A stretch of DNA of 61,200 bases, filler included, from Platydemus manokwari (lineage: Eukaryota), in NCBI GenBank assembly GCA_037951405.1. It is 5 parts of 5 records of this genome, joined end to end, with 100 filler letters (N's around TTAATTAATTAA, not from the genome) between each part and the next. Parts side by side here need not be neighbours in the genome. Positions count along the whole stretch, not along the records: positions 36,959 to 50,090 come from JBBMOY011828056.1; positions 50,191 to 61,200 come from JBBMOY010982195.1; 3 more parts are not named here. One strand, written 5' to 3'. Below, one piece after another: positions 41,501 to 53,776 of this stretch (its first letter is position 1; each line of letters starts with the position of its first letter). Made by a program: the position numbers and the translations under genes. The notes under the pieces are model-generated. The model saw nothing but the letters and a program-made list of their open reading frames with translations, did no database searches and was not told where the DNA came from.

Positions 41501-44286
41501 TTTTGACTTTATAATAACAAAAGACCATTAAAACAACACTCATCAGATTAGTTTTAAACAAAATAACATATATGTGTAATCGGCAATATATCAGCAGCTG
41601 CCTAAATGCAAAAAATATATAAGGGCAGAATTATGAGTGGTAAACGCAATTAGTGATAATAGAGTCAGTTTTTCTTGTTACTGAACTTTATTATCAATAA
41701 TTATATCATAAATAATAGATATTTTCGATTATTTGGTTTCATTAATCTTGAAAAGTATTTCGCAGAGCCCTATCTTGGCAACCATTAAAGTAAAAATGAA
41801 ATCAAGTGTTCGGAAAAATAAAATGCAATGTTATCGTCATTTTAATATTACAAAATAGTTATCTGTTCTAGATATTGTTTTGATGGATTGACAAGATAAA
41901 GAATTGTATCGAGATCTTGGGCAAAAATAATTGTCCCAGGAAACAATAATTTACCACGGTAAAAAGAAATTTATTCCTGCATAAATAGATTTTATTTATT
42001 ATTACAAAGTGGCATAATTGAAGTTCAATATGGGAATCAGGAAAGATTTGAAAATAATGAAAATAATCGACAAGAATAAAATTTAAAAAAATAGAGATAC
42101 ATTTGAATGTTTTATTGCTTTCGAAATTTGATCTCATATTCAGCTGTAATTCGTAAAAGCTATTAATGGATGTAATGACAGGCTTCATTTCTTGTAATTT
42201 AATATACGGTTGTTTATAGCTCAATCATATGATTGCGATGTTAGTGGTTTTTATGATAATATTATTATATTAAACAGTAACCAAGTATTACTTTAGTTAA
42301 TTAATGAAGGGTTTCTATTGGTACTATAGTCATGATTTTGAGTATTCTGTGCTTTCGCCGCCAGAGCGTTAGTTGCTGATTAGCTTAGAGAGGCTTGGGC
42401 CTTTACATGCCAGCCATCTCTATCGATTGAAATTGAGTTTACGAGGATACTTAATTTTTAATTGGCTAAATAATCGAACTGAGTTCAATCCAAATGATGA
42501 CGTAATTAACATTAAAGTTTATTTTAAACAACAGTAATTACTTGAGATTGAAAAATAATAATGTAGATGACAGAATTGTTTCTGCTAGCTACTTTAAGTA
42601 TTTATCGATCAAATTTTCTTACACTAATTTATGTTCTACAGAATTATTTTCTCGAATAATAGTCGTCCAGATGATCCAAGCAAAAAAGATTATAACCAAT
42701 TGATTTCTTTGATGTTTCCATTAAATTTTCGCTGAGGGGATATATTTAATATACGAATTAAGTGCACTTATGGTTTGTTTCTATTATCAGTGAACAGATA
42801 TTCATAACTTTCCAGCTGGACAAATCAATTCAATTCAATAATAATAATAATACTTCAAATCTCCATTGAAATACGAGAAAAGTTTCTTACACTTCAATAA
42901 AACAAACGCGAATGTTATAGGATTATTTCGAAATACTTATCTCTTATTGAAATCAGCTAATGAATAAGTAAAAAGTAAATAAAAAGAACATTGTGTGACG
43001 TTTCTAATCCTGATAATTTTTTAGTCATCTCGACGACACAATAAAATCAAAAACTCAAATAAGAAAAGCCATCAATTAAAACAAAAAACTAAATCTCTAT
43101 TCTTGAGGGAAAATTCCCAAACAGAATTTCAAAGTAATTCTAAGCAGCTTGTTTATGTGAGAACGATTTTTCCATTGATTTATTAAACTTTGACTAGACA
43201 AATTGTGACAATTAATTGATTTCTGAGATATTTTCAATGATAATCTTTTGGTAAATTCATTTGTGGATCAGCACGTGTTTGACGATTGATTGCGTCAGTA
43301 TTTTCAATAATAATAAACGTATTAGAAAATTAATTTTCATGGAGAATGAATTTGTTTAGTATTGATTTAAATTTCTTTTTCTTTCTGACGGAGCATTAAA
43401 AAGATTAATTGAACTCATATAAGTGTTTGTGTTGCAGCCATTTTTGTATTGATTGTAAAGGTTTGCAGATTGAACCAATGAGGATATTTTATTGATGTTC
43501 ATTTTCAATCAACATGATTGGAAGGGTTCTATATATCGCTGAGAGGATTTTAAAGTAAGGAAAAATTATGTTAAGCAAATTTTTATTTCCCTGATATTCT
43601 ATATTTATCCTTACGAAACCATTCTTTTCCATTCATCGTCTAAAATTGTTTTTTTGAGTTTTTATGCATTGGGGGTTCTGGAGTTTGATATTTCTTCTGC
43701 AACATCGTAGATGCCAATATAAGCTTCAATAATCGAAAACTACCGAATTTCTATGTTTTATTCAGAATTAATTTGATTAAAGCGTCATTAAAAACATTTT
43801 ATTCACCAATATTCAAAGATTTGCAGATATCTACTTGCATATGGTACTAATGAGTAAATCTCTTCTATGTCACGCTTCACTGGATAGGAAGCATTTCCTT
43901 TGTTGTGTACCGATTATAAGTTGATACATGCATACGTATATGCTTTTTCAGTGTGAATAATAATAAATATACTTGCATGAAAATAATCTTGTTTCATCAA
44001 CATATGAAAATATGTCGTGTTAGTAGATTTACAATTTTAATACTCAAGAATAGGTTCTGAATAATTTTATCTAGTCTTTCTTAAATAATTTTACTGTACA
44101 CAACTTCGGTACACAGAAAATGAGTTCTTTTGATAGAACATTGATTTATAATAAGTAGCATTTGTGAGAGTATTAAAATTGAATTAAATTTTTAAAGGTT
44201 TAATTTTATATAGAATTTAAATTAATATATAATTTAATTATATATAAAATTAAATTAATTTATTTAATACAACAGTCAACATTTTA

Positions 44287-47200
44287 ATGGATTCATTTTT
44301 GGAAATCAATAAAAATTATTTAAACAACAAAGCGAAATACAACGAATATAACCATCAAGGTCATGGGACTAATTATAACTCTAACCGTAGGGCGAAATCA
44401 ATCAAAAAATATCCAAGAAATCAAAGTTATTCAAAGTTCAACTTGCCTGGACACTATCTTAATCGAACGAAAAAGGCGACCAGTTTTAGCCTATAGAGAT
44501 AATAACAATTATACCTATCATCCTAATAGGCGTGGCCGAAGTTATCCAAGAAAATAGAAGACCAGAAAGGTCAAATTAGTGAAACTGAGGAGATCACTGA
44601 AATCATCAAGATTTTGAGTGAATATCTTAAGATGAAAAATAGAGGCCAATCTAAGGAGGTAACCAATAAGCGAAGAACAAGATTACGGTAAATTAAATTT
44701 AGCTACGCTAATGCGGTGACGTAGCCAAAGGGAGATCATCCCAATTCCGTCTACAAAAACCAATTAAATAACAAACAATCCTCAATGGTTGCAAAACATT
44801 CAGCAGGGGATAATGATAGTTTCAAGGTCAATAAAACTACCAAAAATGGTCGATCAAAGTTACTCAGGAGAACATTAAAAACGGACATGAAAACCTGAAA
44901 TAAAAAATAACAATGAACCTCGACAAAACCAGAAATGTCTTAAATATAAGAATCGAATATGATAATTGTGAATACCCGAGCCCGTTGTGAATGTGATAGG
45001 CTCTAGAGTACCAGAAAAGACACTGAAAAAAGTGAAGAAAAGCAAAAAACGAACTCGAACAAAATCAATTAATAGATAATGATGAGCTGATAAGAAGAGT
45101 AATAGACCAAAATGAAAAACGTCATTAGACCTTGAAAAATCCAGCGTTGACAGTAACCTTCGACCCCTTGGTGCCTGACAACCACCTTTGGTTCACCGGC
45201 GACCAAATAAGTACTTATATAGATGAAGTTACCTAGAATACCAGTACATATTGAATCAACTTCTATGTCACAGAGCTAATAATTTCACCAGGCCTAAATG
45301 AAGTAGGTGTCTGACCTGAAATATCGATTCAATTCAGGTCAATCATGGCCCCGATCAACATTGAAAATACTCATTGGACACTATTTGTTGGATCAATAAG
45401 CAAGGGAGCCGAAATCATCGACCCACTTGGCGAGAAAAGCAATTTCATCAAAATAGTAATGAAAAAAGCAAGAGTACTGGTGGATACAATTAACCAATCT
45501 AGACTATGGAAGGACTTATTCCTACGGAAGCCCGAAAGTTACATAAGACGACAGTACCAAATCAACAACAACAATGATTATGGCCCCATTATATGCGATT
45601 ATGCAGAAAAAATCGTAACAATGGGAAAGAATTTATAAAGATCAACAAAATTCGACGCAAAGTTAACAATATCAAATGTTCCGGAACTCAACACCAGACT
45701 AAATTTGGAGGAAGTCATGAACTCGAAAAAATCAAAGAATATTATGTCTATTTAACGGATAAACATTTGAGAATTCTATCAAGCAAGGAATTTCGACAAA
45801 AGAAATTCCTAGTCTTGGATCCATTTATCAGCGAGGTAATTACAAGGAACAGAGTTGAGGTCATAATTAATAACTTCAGTTTCAAGTATTTTAAGAATAG
45901 TGATTTAATTCTTTATCGAGGTCATCTAAAAACAAAGCAATGGATATTTCTGATAATTGATGTAAAAAAGAGAACCATCTCCGTAATACTATCGCCAACG
46001 AATATTAAACCAAAATTGATAATAGAAATCAGACGGTTACTGGCATCCAAACTGACTGTCAAAATCATGACAACATCACTAAATAAAATGCATAATAAAT
46101 TCATCTATCATGTCAAAAGTTGTTGTGCAATCAAAGAAGCGTCAAACGAATATATCTCTGTCAATTATATATGTCTTTCCCACCATTTGTCTTTCAAATA
46201 GCAACTAGATCAAATGAGGTCGACTGCTATCCAAAAAAGGAGAAACTTGAAAATCATTATTCTAACAAGCAGAATGAAGTACACCAAATTCAAATCTGTA
46301 CCAAATCTTGCCTAAATTCATGTATGCTGGACAACCTGATCAAAAAAGGATCTAAGTTCGAATTCAATGAAGTGTCGATTGAAGAAACTTATGCTGTCCT
46401 AAAAAAAGAATCCAAGTGCCCCAGGCAGAAACAAAATAACATAAAGGAATCTACTTTATGCAGATCTGAATACCGAGATCATGACAGCAATCTTTGGAAA
46501 ATGTATAGAAACAGAAACTATACCGGATGAATGGCAACAATGCAATACCATTATGATTCCGAAACCCATGAAGCAGGGACAATACCATCAAGCCGCATCC
46601 TACTCGATTGCCAGAGAATCAGTGCAGAGATCCTCCGATTAACCACCGACAATCATGGATTCCCTAAACCGATTGAATTCACACCCAATGGGAAAGGAAA
46701 GAACACACTCTTGGTGGGGAAAGATAAGAGAGGCAATCAAATATGTCACAACAAACTAAAAATTGGCTTTCGGGTCAACCAAAATATCGTCACAGATGAA
46801 GGCGAAATAACAAGAGTAGCCCTGATTGGCCATAAAAAGATCAAAGAACTTCCGAAACTTCTGCGTCAATGCTTCACCGGAAGATATCAACTGAAATAGG
46901 CTCAACAAATACGTTGTGTAAGATATACAAATTAATGCTTACCTTCTCGCCCATGTGGAATAAAGTGGTAGTCAACGAAGTGGTATTCATATTCCTGAAT
47001 CAAGCACGCTCTGATATCTTGCCAACACTGAACAACAAGTATATGAAAGGACATCAATGCAGAAAGTCTCTACACGAGGTAGAATCATAAAGACATGTCT
47101 TTACCAGTGTGAAATGTCTCATTCCGAAATTTATCAATTACTACATAGAAAATGATGTCAATGTTGAAAAACCTTACCAATTTACGGGTTCTAGACTACA

Positions 47201-47750
47201 AGTTGATATTCAAGTAGTTAATAATCGAACAGGCGCAATCTTTCTAATCAATGTGAAATGCCCAATGAATGAATCATGTCTGCTGACCAATGCCGATAAT
47301 CTCAATATGGAAAAATACGAGGACCTTAGGAAAGAAATAAAAAAGCGAGACCGGGATTGCTAATGGAATTATTCACTTATGTGGCCAGGGTACCCGAAAT
47401 CTGGCCAACGACAAATAAGATAATACTGAGAAAACTCGGATTAAAGAAAAAATTAAAGAAAAAAATCAACTCCAATATCCAGGTATCCCCATATGCAATG
47501 GCAATTCCATCGAGGCAAGGCATCCTATAGCCCAACAAGCATAACCGAAAAAGGCAATCAAGAAAATATCTCGGCCAATGAGTTGATATAATCTGAAGAT
47601 GAAGAGATGTTTGACAAACTTGGTTGAAACTGATGACGAAACAAAAGGAACCAATGCGAAGCTTGTGTTATTTGCCCCATCACTTAGTGGTGATGGACTC
47701 TGACTACATCTAAGTTGTTTCATTTAAAAACTGTTTATTAAATAAATATT
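44287..47750 (+). mobile_element. Degenerate NeSL/R5-clade RLE non-LTR retrotransposon with Ulp1 (C48) protease domains and a deleted RT core
   Basis: Ulp1-like: LWFTGDQISTYI (~45187), APINIENTHWTLFV, IIDPLG, QINNNNDYG. RT domain 0/1: SAPGRNKIT*...IFGKCIETETIPDEWQQCNTIMIPKP (46415-46570). Zn knuckle: HQCRKSLHEVES*RHVFTSVKC. RLE: RLQVDIQVVN..IFLINVKCP..NMEKYEDL, then IWPTTNKIILRKLGL. Many frameshifts. Confidence 0.85.
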
Positions 47751-47909
47751 CTCATGAAGAATTTTTGGCAACTAACAATATTAATATTAACCAAAATTAA
47801 AAAGTGTAATTACAAAGAAAATAGACAACTTTTAGACAAAATTTATTTCGTGATATTTCAATCGATATCAATATAAGATTTTATTTCAACAAAATTAACG
47901 TATAAAAAT

Positions 47910-48689
47910 TTAAGATTTTAAATTTCTGATTACATCTTTTATCAATTCTAAATTTTCATTATTTTCATTTTTATTATGTTTATGTCTTGTATTCAACTTG
48001 CATTGGCTTTTTTGTCTTGACTTAAATTTTATTTGAGGTTCAATGTTGCTAAGGCATTGTATTTTGTCCCTCGTAATTGGATATTCTTTGTAATTTTTGT
48101 TAATACCCGTTGTATGAAAAGAATCATCGAATTTAATAATTTCTGGATACAGAGTGCGAACAGAATCAAACGTTTGATAATTTTGAGGTAAATAATAACC
48201 TCGTTGTTCTAAATTAGTTGCTTTCCAAGGCATACTAAAACAATAATCATTAGATCTATTTTCGCAAGAATATAAGTTATTCAGTTCAAGTTTACAATGT
48301 TGTGCCAACGTTGCCCCTGTTCTCTGAGAGGAATAATAGAGATCTGTATTGTCTGGCTGAAATTCACTGGTGAACAAACTTACATTGCTACGTTTTTTGT
48401 AAAGTTTTCTCGATCTGTATATTGGATATGCTCTTTCAAGAAGCTGATTGCAGATTTTTATATTTCTTTCATTGGTAGATATTATTTCTAATATATGATA
48501 TTTTGTCCAAGGCTGATTTTCAATTTGACGATTTAAAATACGCTGAGTCAGATTGATTGTACACTGAGATTTTCTTTCAATCGACCTTATCAAAGCGTTT
48601 TTTGTGAATATTTTAGCAAATTCGCCTTTCATTTCAATAATATACTCAAATTTAGCACATGGTATCTCCCAATCAGATCTTTTCGTCAT
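47910..48689 (-). CDS. Intronless 259-aa protein with a putative degenerate KH-like N-terminal domain
   Basis: An uninterrupted 780-nt ORF in very AT-rich DNA, with AATAAA ~25 nt past the stop on the minus strand. FEYIIEMKGEFAKIFTKNALIRSIERKSQCTINL...ILEIISTNERNIKICNQLLE has a KH-like beta-alpha-alpha-beta-beta-alpha pattern but lacks GxxG. Confidence 0.6.
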   Translation of the reverse strand: MTKRSDWEIPCAKFEYIIEMKGEFAKIFTKNALIRSIERKSQCTINLTQRILNRQIENQPWTKYHILEIISTNERNIKICNQLLERAYPIYRSRKLYKKRSNVSLFTSEFQPDNTDLYYSSQRTGATLAQHCKLELNNLYSCENRSNDYCFSMPWKATNLEQRGYYLPQNYQTFDSVRTLYPEIIKFDDSFHTTGINKNYKEYPITRDKIQCLSNIEPQIKFKSRQKSQCKLNTRHKHNKNENNENLELIKDVIRNLKS

Positions 48690-50090
48690 TTAATTAAATT
48701 TTAACTCAATTTTGTTTCATAAGATTATACAATTCCGCTCAATTTAGTAACAAAACATTATATAATTCGCATATAGATTAAACGATATAATTAATTTCTG
48801 TAATCAATTTCATTTCATTAAAAGAATTCATTTGGAAAAAATTATCTAAGTTTATTTAAATACCCAAGTAATATTATGGTACATTAATAACAACAAATAT
48901 CTTTAGGCAAATATATTATAAATATTTCGGCTGTATGTCTGTTAAGATGTAGTAAATGGAATGAATAAGCAAATATCTCTATATTGACAAATTTATAGTA
49001 AAACATTAATAACTTATGAAGATAAATCAAAGGTTGAATCTGCTTTTTATGAATTTTAAGATTATTGATAAAAAATAACGTTGATATTTTAATCATTTTT
49101 TCAATAGAAATATTAATTTGAGAAAATAATAGACGAAAAAACATTAACACTGTTGACTTTGGACGATCATGATTAATAATTAACTTAAACGCCTAAGCTA
49201 ATTTATTTAAACTAATTACTAAATAGAAAAATGAACTAAATAACATTATTTAAAATGAAATTGCAATGTGAAAAATATTTTTATTATGACACGAATTTTA
49301 TTTTTCAAATCTGTTAATTATCTTTTTTATAACATTTCCCAGTATTCCGGATTTTTTTTAAAATTATCCAGCTAGCTCTAAAAGAGAAATAAAAATGTTT
49401 TGTTATTATATTTTAAAATTAAGTCTTTTCAATAAAATATTTATAATTAACTAGTTTTATAACTTTAAAATTATAAAATAAAAAACAAAAGTTTGTCAAA
49501 TTGATTTTTATTAGGTTTAATACACTATTTTAAAATTCGGATTGTTTTTTATAATTATGTCGTTTTGATAAATTTCTGAAGAATATTTCACTCACTATTT
49601 TAATATCATATAGCGTTTGTCAATCATAATAGATTTCAGTTAGATTTGGTATTTGCTTTCGTAATTGAAACATAAAAAGTATTATGTTCAATTATCTTGA
49701 AGTTGTTATGGGAAGACAATCATGATGAGATAATTAAAATGCAATCTAATAATCTTCGATAATTTGACTACAACAATAAAATAAATAAGTTTTTATAAAT
49801 ATAAATAAAAATATCTTGGATTTTGAAAAGAGATCAAGAGGAATTTTGAAAATCTTCATATTGGATTCTAAAAACCAGTGTATTATTTATCCATCTTTTC
49901 AAAAATATGATTTCTAAATTTAATATTATAAATATACTTGGGCTGATTTGAAAATTATTTTCTAATTCTAATTCAACAAATCAAACGCATTTATCAATTT
50001 TATTTTCTGTTTGAAATAAAAGAAGTCATTATGTTATAATGATGTAAATTTAATTATTATTCGCTTTTGGTAAATTCATAATAAAAAATT

Positions 50091-50190
50091 NNNNNNNNNN
50101 NNNNNNNNNNNNNNNNNNNNNNNNNNNNNNNNNNTTAATTAATTAANNNNNNNNNNNNNNNNNNNNNNNNNNNNNNNNNNNNNNNNNNNN
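50091..50190. other. Artificial contig linker
   Basis: N44-TTAATTAATTAA-N44. Confidence 0.99.
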
Positions 50191-50894
50191 TAATGATTTG
50201 CTACAGCACACACACAAGTGTTTACATCTGGTGTCAAATTCCGGTTATTAAGTTATAGACCCAATAGAAACAACTAGATAAAATCTCGAAAGATGAAACC
50301 ATATTTGTTACGAATTACTGATGATAACAAGTGAATTACATTCAAGAAATACCAAATAAGAATTAGTGTAAATGGTAATATTAAAGATTAAATGTTTCGC
50401 CATTCAAATTAGAAGAGATCAAAGAAGGTAAGAATTATTTTTATAAATTCGTGAAACATAATTTATGTGCTCAGTTAACCGGATAGGTTTGAAATGCGAT
50501 ACGGTAGTGTACTGAACTTAAGTTATGATAATACAGTAAATAATTTTGAAAATAATTTTGAAAATTGAACTTATTTTATTAACGTTATAAATTTTTAGTG
50601 TATTTTTTTAAAAAGTTTGGTAAAGTTACAAACAAAACTTTTTAATAATTAAAACATATTTTTCATTTTGTTAGCTTGGACCTTAATAAGAATTCTGAGG
50701 ATTTTTACATGGGGATGATTATTTAAATAAAATTCCATTTTATATAGAAATATTCGTTTATGTGTGTTTTGTTAAAGAAAGAAACCAGATCGAATGTTTA
50801 AATAATATGAACACAACCTTAAGAAAATATATTTAATTTATCAAAACTCAGGTTTGCAATCAGGTTTATAAGTGATAATACATTTAGTTGTTTA

Positions 50895-51384
50895 GACTTA
50901 AGTTAAGAAAAAAGGTCCTTTGACCTACTTGCGTTATAATAAATTTTCGCCCATGTGATAATTTTATAATTTAATATCACATATAACTGCTGTGTTTGAT
51001 TTATTCGTATAATTCAGTTAATATCCCATTTTTTAAAATGTCTAATAATGACAAAACATAGCTTTAAAACTAAGTTCCCATCCTAATCACAACACTTCTA
51101 TATGATTATTTAAGTTTTTAAAATTAAATTTTTATAATTATAAACCGAGTTAGTTAATTACAGACATGTTTAGTAATATCATTGCTTATTTTTATAAAAT
51201 AATTGTAAAAATTAAGACTATCTATCGATTTGCTTCTAATGTTTAAAAAGAGGTCCTCGCTAATTTTCAATAAATAATTTTCAAAATGTTTTTAAAGAAT
51301 ATAATTAAATAAACTATATAGATTTTTGCAATGAACTCAACAAATTTAAAATTTTATTTTAGGATTCTATTTTTAACTTTAGCT
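50895..51384. mobile_element. Non-autonomous Merlin element (same family as 23047-23702)
   Basis: Colinear with 23047-23702 (shared cacaacacttctatatgattatt, attgcttatttttataaa, taattaaataaactatatagatttttgcaat). TIRs are gacttaagttaagaaaaaaggtcc and ggattctatttttaactttagct. No TSD was recognisable. Confidence 0.85.
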
Positions 51385-53059
51385 TAATTTTAATTTCAAA
51401 CCTTTAATAGAATTACGTAACTGTTATGGTTTATGATAAACTTAAATCAACACAAAATTAATATTTTTAATAATTTGATTACATGTAATTTTAAAAGTTC
51501 ATTAGGATATTTACAAAAAAACTAAAATTACTAATAACCAGTTCAAGCCTTAGCAAATTTTATTGATATGAATTTCAAATTTATGAGAATGACATTTCAG
51601 AAGCCAACCAAAATTATCATATTATTAAATTTGATAAAAACATGTTGAATAAACGAAACAGATTTGACAAAGGCAAAATATACAGATTATTTATCGTAAT
51701 AATATATACTTAAAATAATATACTTTTATTTTCTTCGAAATCTTTTGAAAACATTTCCTATATTTAAGACTTCGACAGGTGTGAGAGGTATTTATGATAT
51801 TAAACTTATTGAAAACTTGTTCTTACAGATGAATTCTTAGCTACAGAAATAAGAAATCTCCTCTAAAAAGACTCCATGATAAGTTATTTATATTAAAAGA
51901 GATAAAGGCAAATGCTCATTTACGAATCATACTCTAATCTGAAGTGAAAAGAAAGATTTTAAATTTCGACCAGAACATGGTACAAATTAGTATAATGGAC
52001 CTCACATTTATTTATAAATGATACTTTAACTTAAAGGATATCACGTGGAGAAATGATTTTATATTTCGACTAGAATTTGGTACAAATTGGAATCTCGAAA
52101 CTTAATTTACAAACCAAATTCCAGAGATTCAAAATCTCATATTCAATGAGTTTTATATAAAATATCAATCAACCATGATCATTTGATAAAATAATGTGTC
52201 GGAGATTTATGAAACTTTTAACTAAATTTGTTGCAACGGTGTGATCATTTGGTGGAGTACTATCTGATTTATGAAAAAATCTATTCTCATATATTTCAAT
52301 AAAATTACTGAGTTAATTGGTTTGTTCTTTATTGATAAGTTTCGGAGGGTTGAATTTAAATTCACATCAGCTATTTCCAACATCATAACAATAAATCGAA
52401 GGCACTCCAACATGTTTTGTTAATTTCATAATTAAATTAAAAAGCAAGTCGAGATCAGCACCCAAAAGATAAACGACAAAACAGAAGACAACAACAAAGG
52501 GTGGTAGTCAAAAAAATCATGTTAAAGTCACACAGAATAAAATAATCATGCTAAAAGAATGATAGATGGACGCGAAACGTAACTCCATTTATAATCTGAT
52601 CGTGTGTGTTCACTTGATGTCTCACGGATTCACTTTCATTTGATAGAATCCTTCACTTGTAGCTCTTTTAACAAAATTTCTTGTATCTCTCGTGCGATTG
52701 GCACATGCCGATGTATGCTTGCCCCAGTTGACTATTAAATTTTAAATATGGATTGATATATAAGAATCATGCGAGAGGCAGTCGACACGTGTACTTATAT
52801 AAGAATAATATGAAATGATTTTGCAAATGTCAGCCAATGTTATACACTGACATTCATTAAATGCTAGCGTGACTTTGGATGTTAGCTGAGTGCAGTGCAG
52901 ACGACTTATTGACAAAGTTAAACTGGTTAATTAAACAGAGTAAATTGAAGAAAATCAATAAAAATTTCAAGGTTGATTTGAAAACGTTATGTCTAAAAAT
53001 CTAAATAGTTTTACATAAATTATTTACGGAAAATTGAATATTTACTCGATGATTTATTG

Positions 53060-53770
53060 ATTTATTATCAAGGCAACAAAATAAATAAATTATTATTCCT
53101 TTTATTTTATAATATAAATAATATTATTAATAATAATAATAATATGAATAATAATAGTAATCAAATTCTTATAATAAATAAACAAACAACTAACATTAAA
53201 TAATAAACAATACAATAACAAAAACAAATAAACAATATTTGAAGACGATTTCAGATAAAACAAATACTAAAAAACAATAAATAAAAATATTATAATAAAC
53301 AATTCTATCATCACAACAACAATCCACAATTGATTAAATAAATAAACAAATTAAATAAACAATGATAAACAATTACTTATATAGTAAATAATAAACAATT
53401 GGACAATAATAAACAAAAATAGTAAACAATTGTCGATAAATAAACAAATATCTCAAATCGAAATTCCAACAAAAATAAACAAACAATAATAAACATGTAT
53501 TAATATTAATAAATAAACATTTCAAAAAGAATCGATAAACAATTATTAATATAATAAACAATGTTAATAATAAATATATATAATTAATATAAATAATAAC
53601 ATTGAAATCTCAATTGAATAAACAAAAAAATAACAAAAAAAATAATAAACAATTAAATTAAAGATTTTAATATAATAATAAATGTGATAAAAATAGCAAA
53701 GGATTACCAATAAAATAAATAATAAACAATTTAAGAGAAACAATAATAAAAAATCAATAAAAAACAAACA
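53060..53770. repeat. Low-complexity AATAAAC-rich tract in a Rab3GAP1 intron
   Basis: About 19 TAAACA hexamers by manual count. The + strand is A-rich and nearly free of G. Confidence 0.85.
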
Positions 53771-53776
53771 AATTAC

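Noticed and set aside
47625-47665. CTGATGA...CGAAAC hammerhead-like core (also CTGATGAAG at ~34256)
   Set aside because: No stem II lies between the two core boxes, and no convincing stems I/III with a cleavage triplet could be built.
13618-50190. Four TTAATTAATTAA palindromes inside N runs at roughly regular 10.6-13.2 kb spacing
   Set aside because: They are identical 100-nt synthetic six-frame-stop linkers from contig concatenation and have no biological meaning. They also mean the two alpha-tubulins cannot be called a cluster.
53373-53776. Hydrophobic membrane-protein-like ORFs (53373-53561 and the tail of 53564-53953)
   Set aside because: They are translations of the T-rich low-complexity intron; the real exon ends at the 53776 donor.
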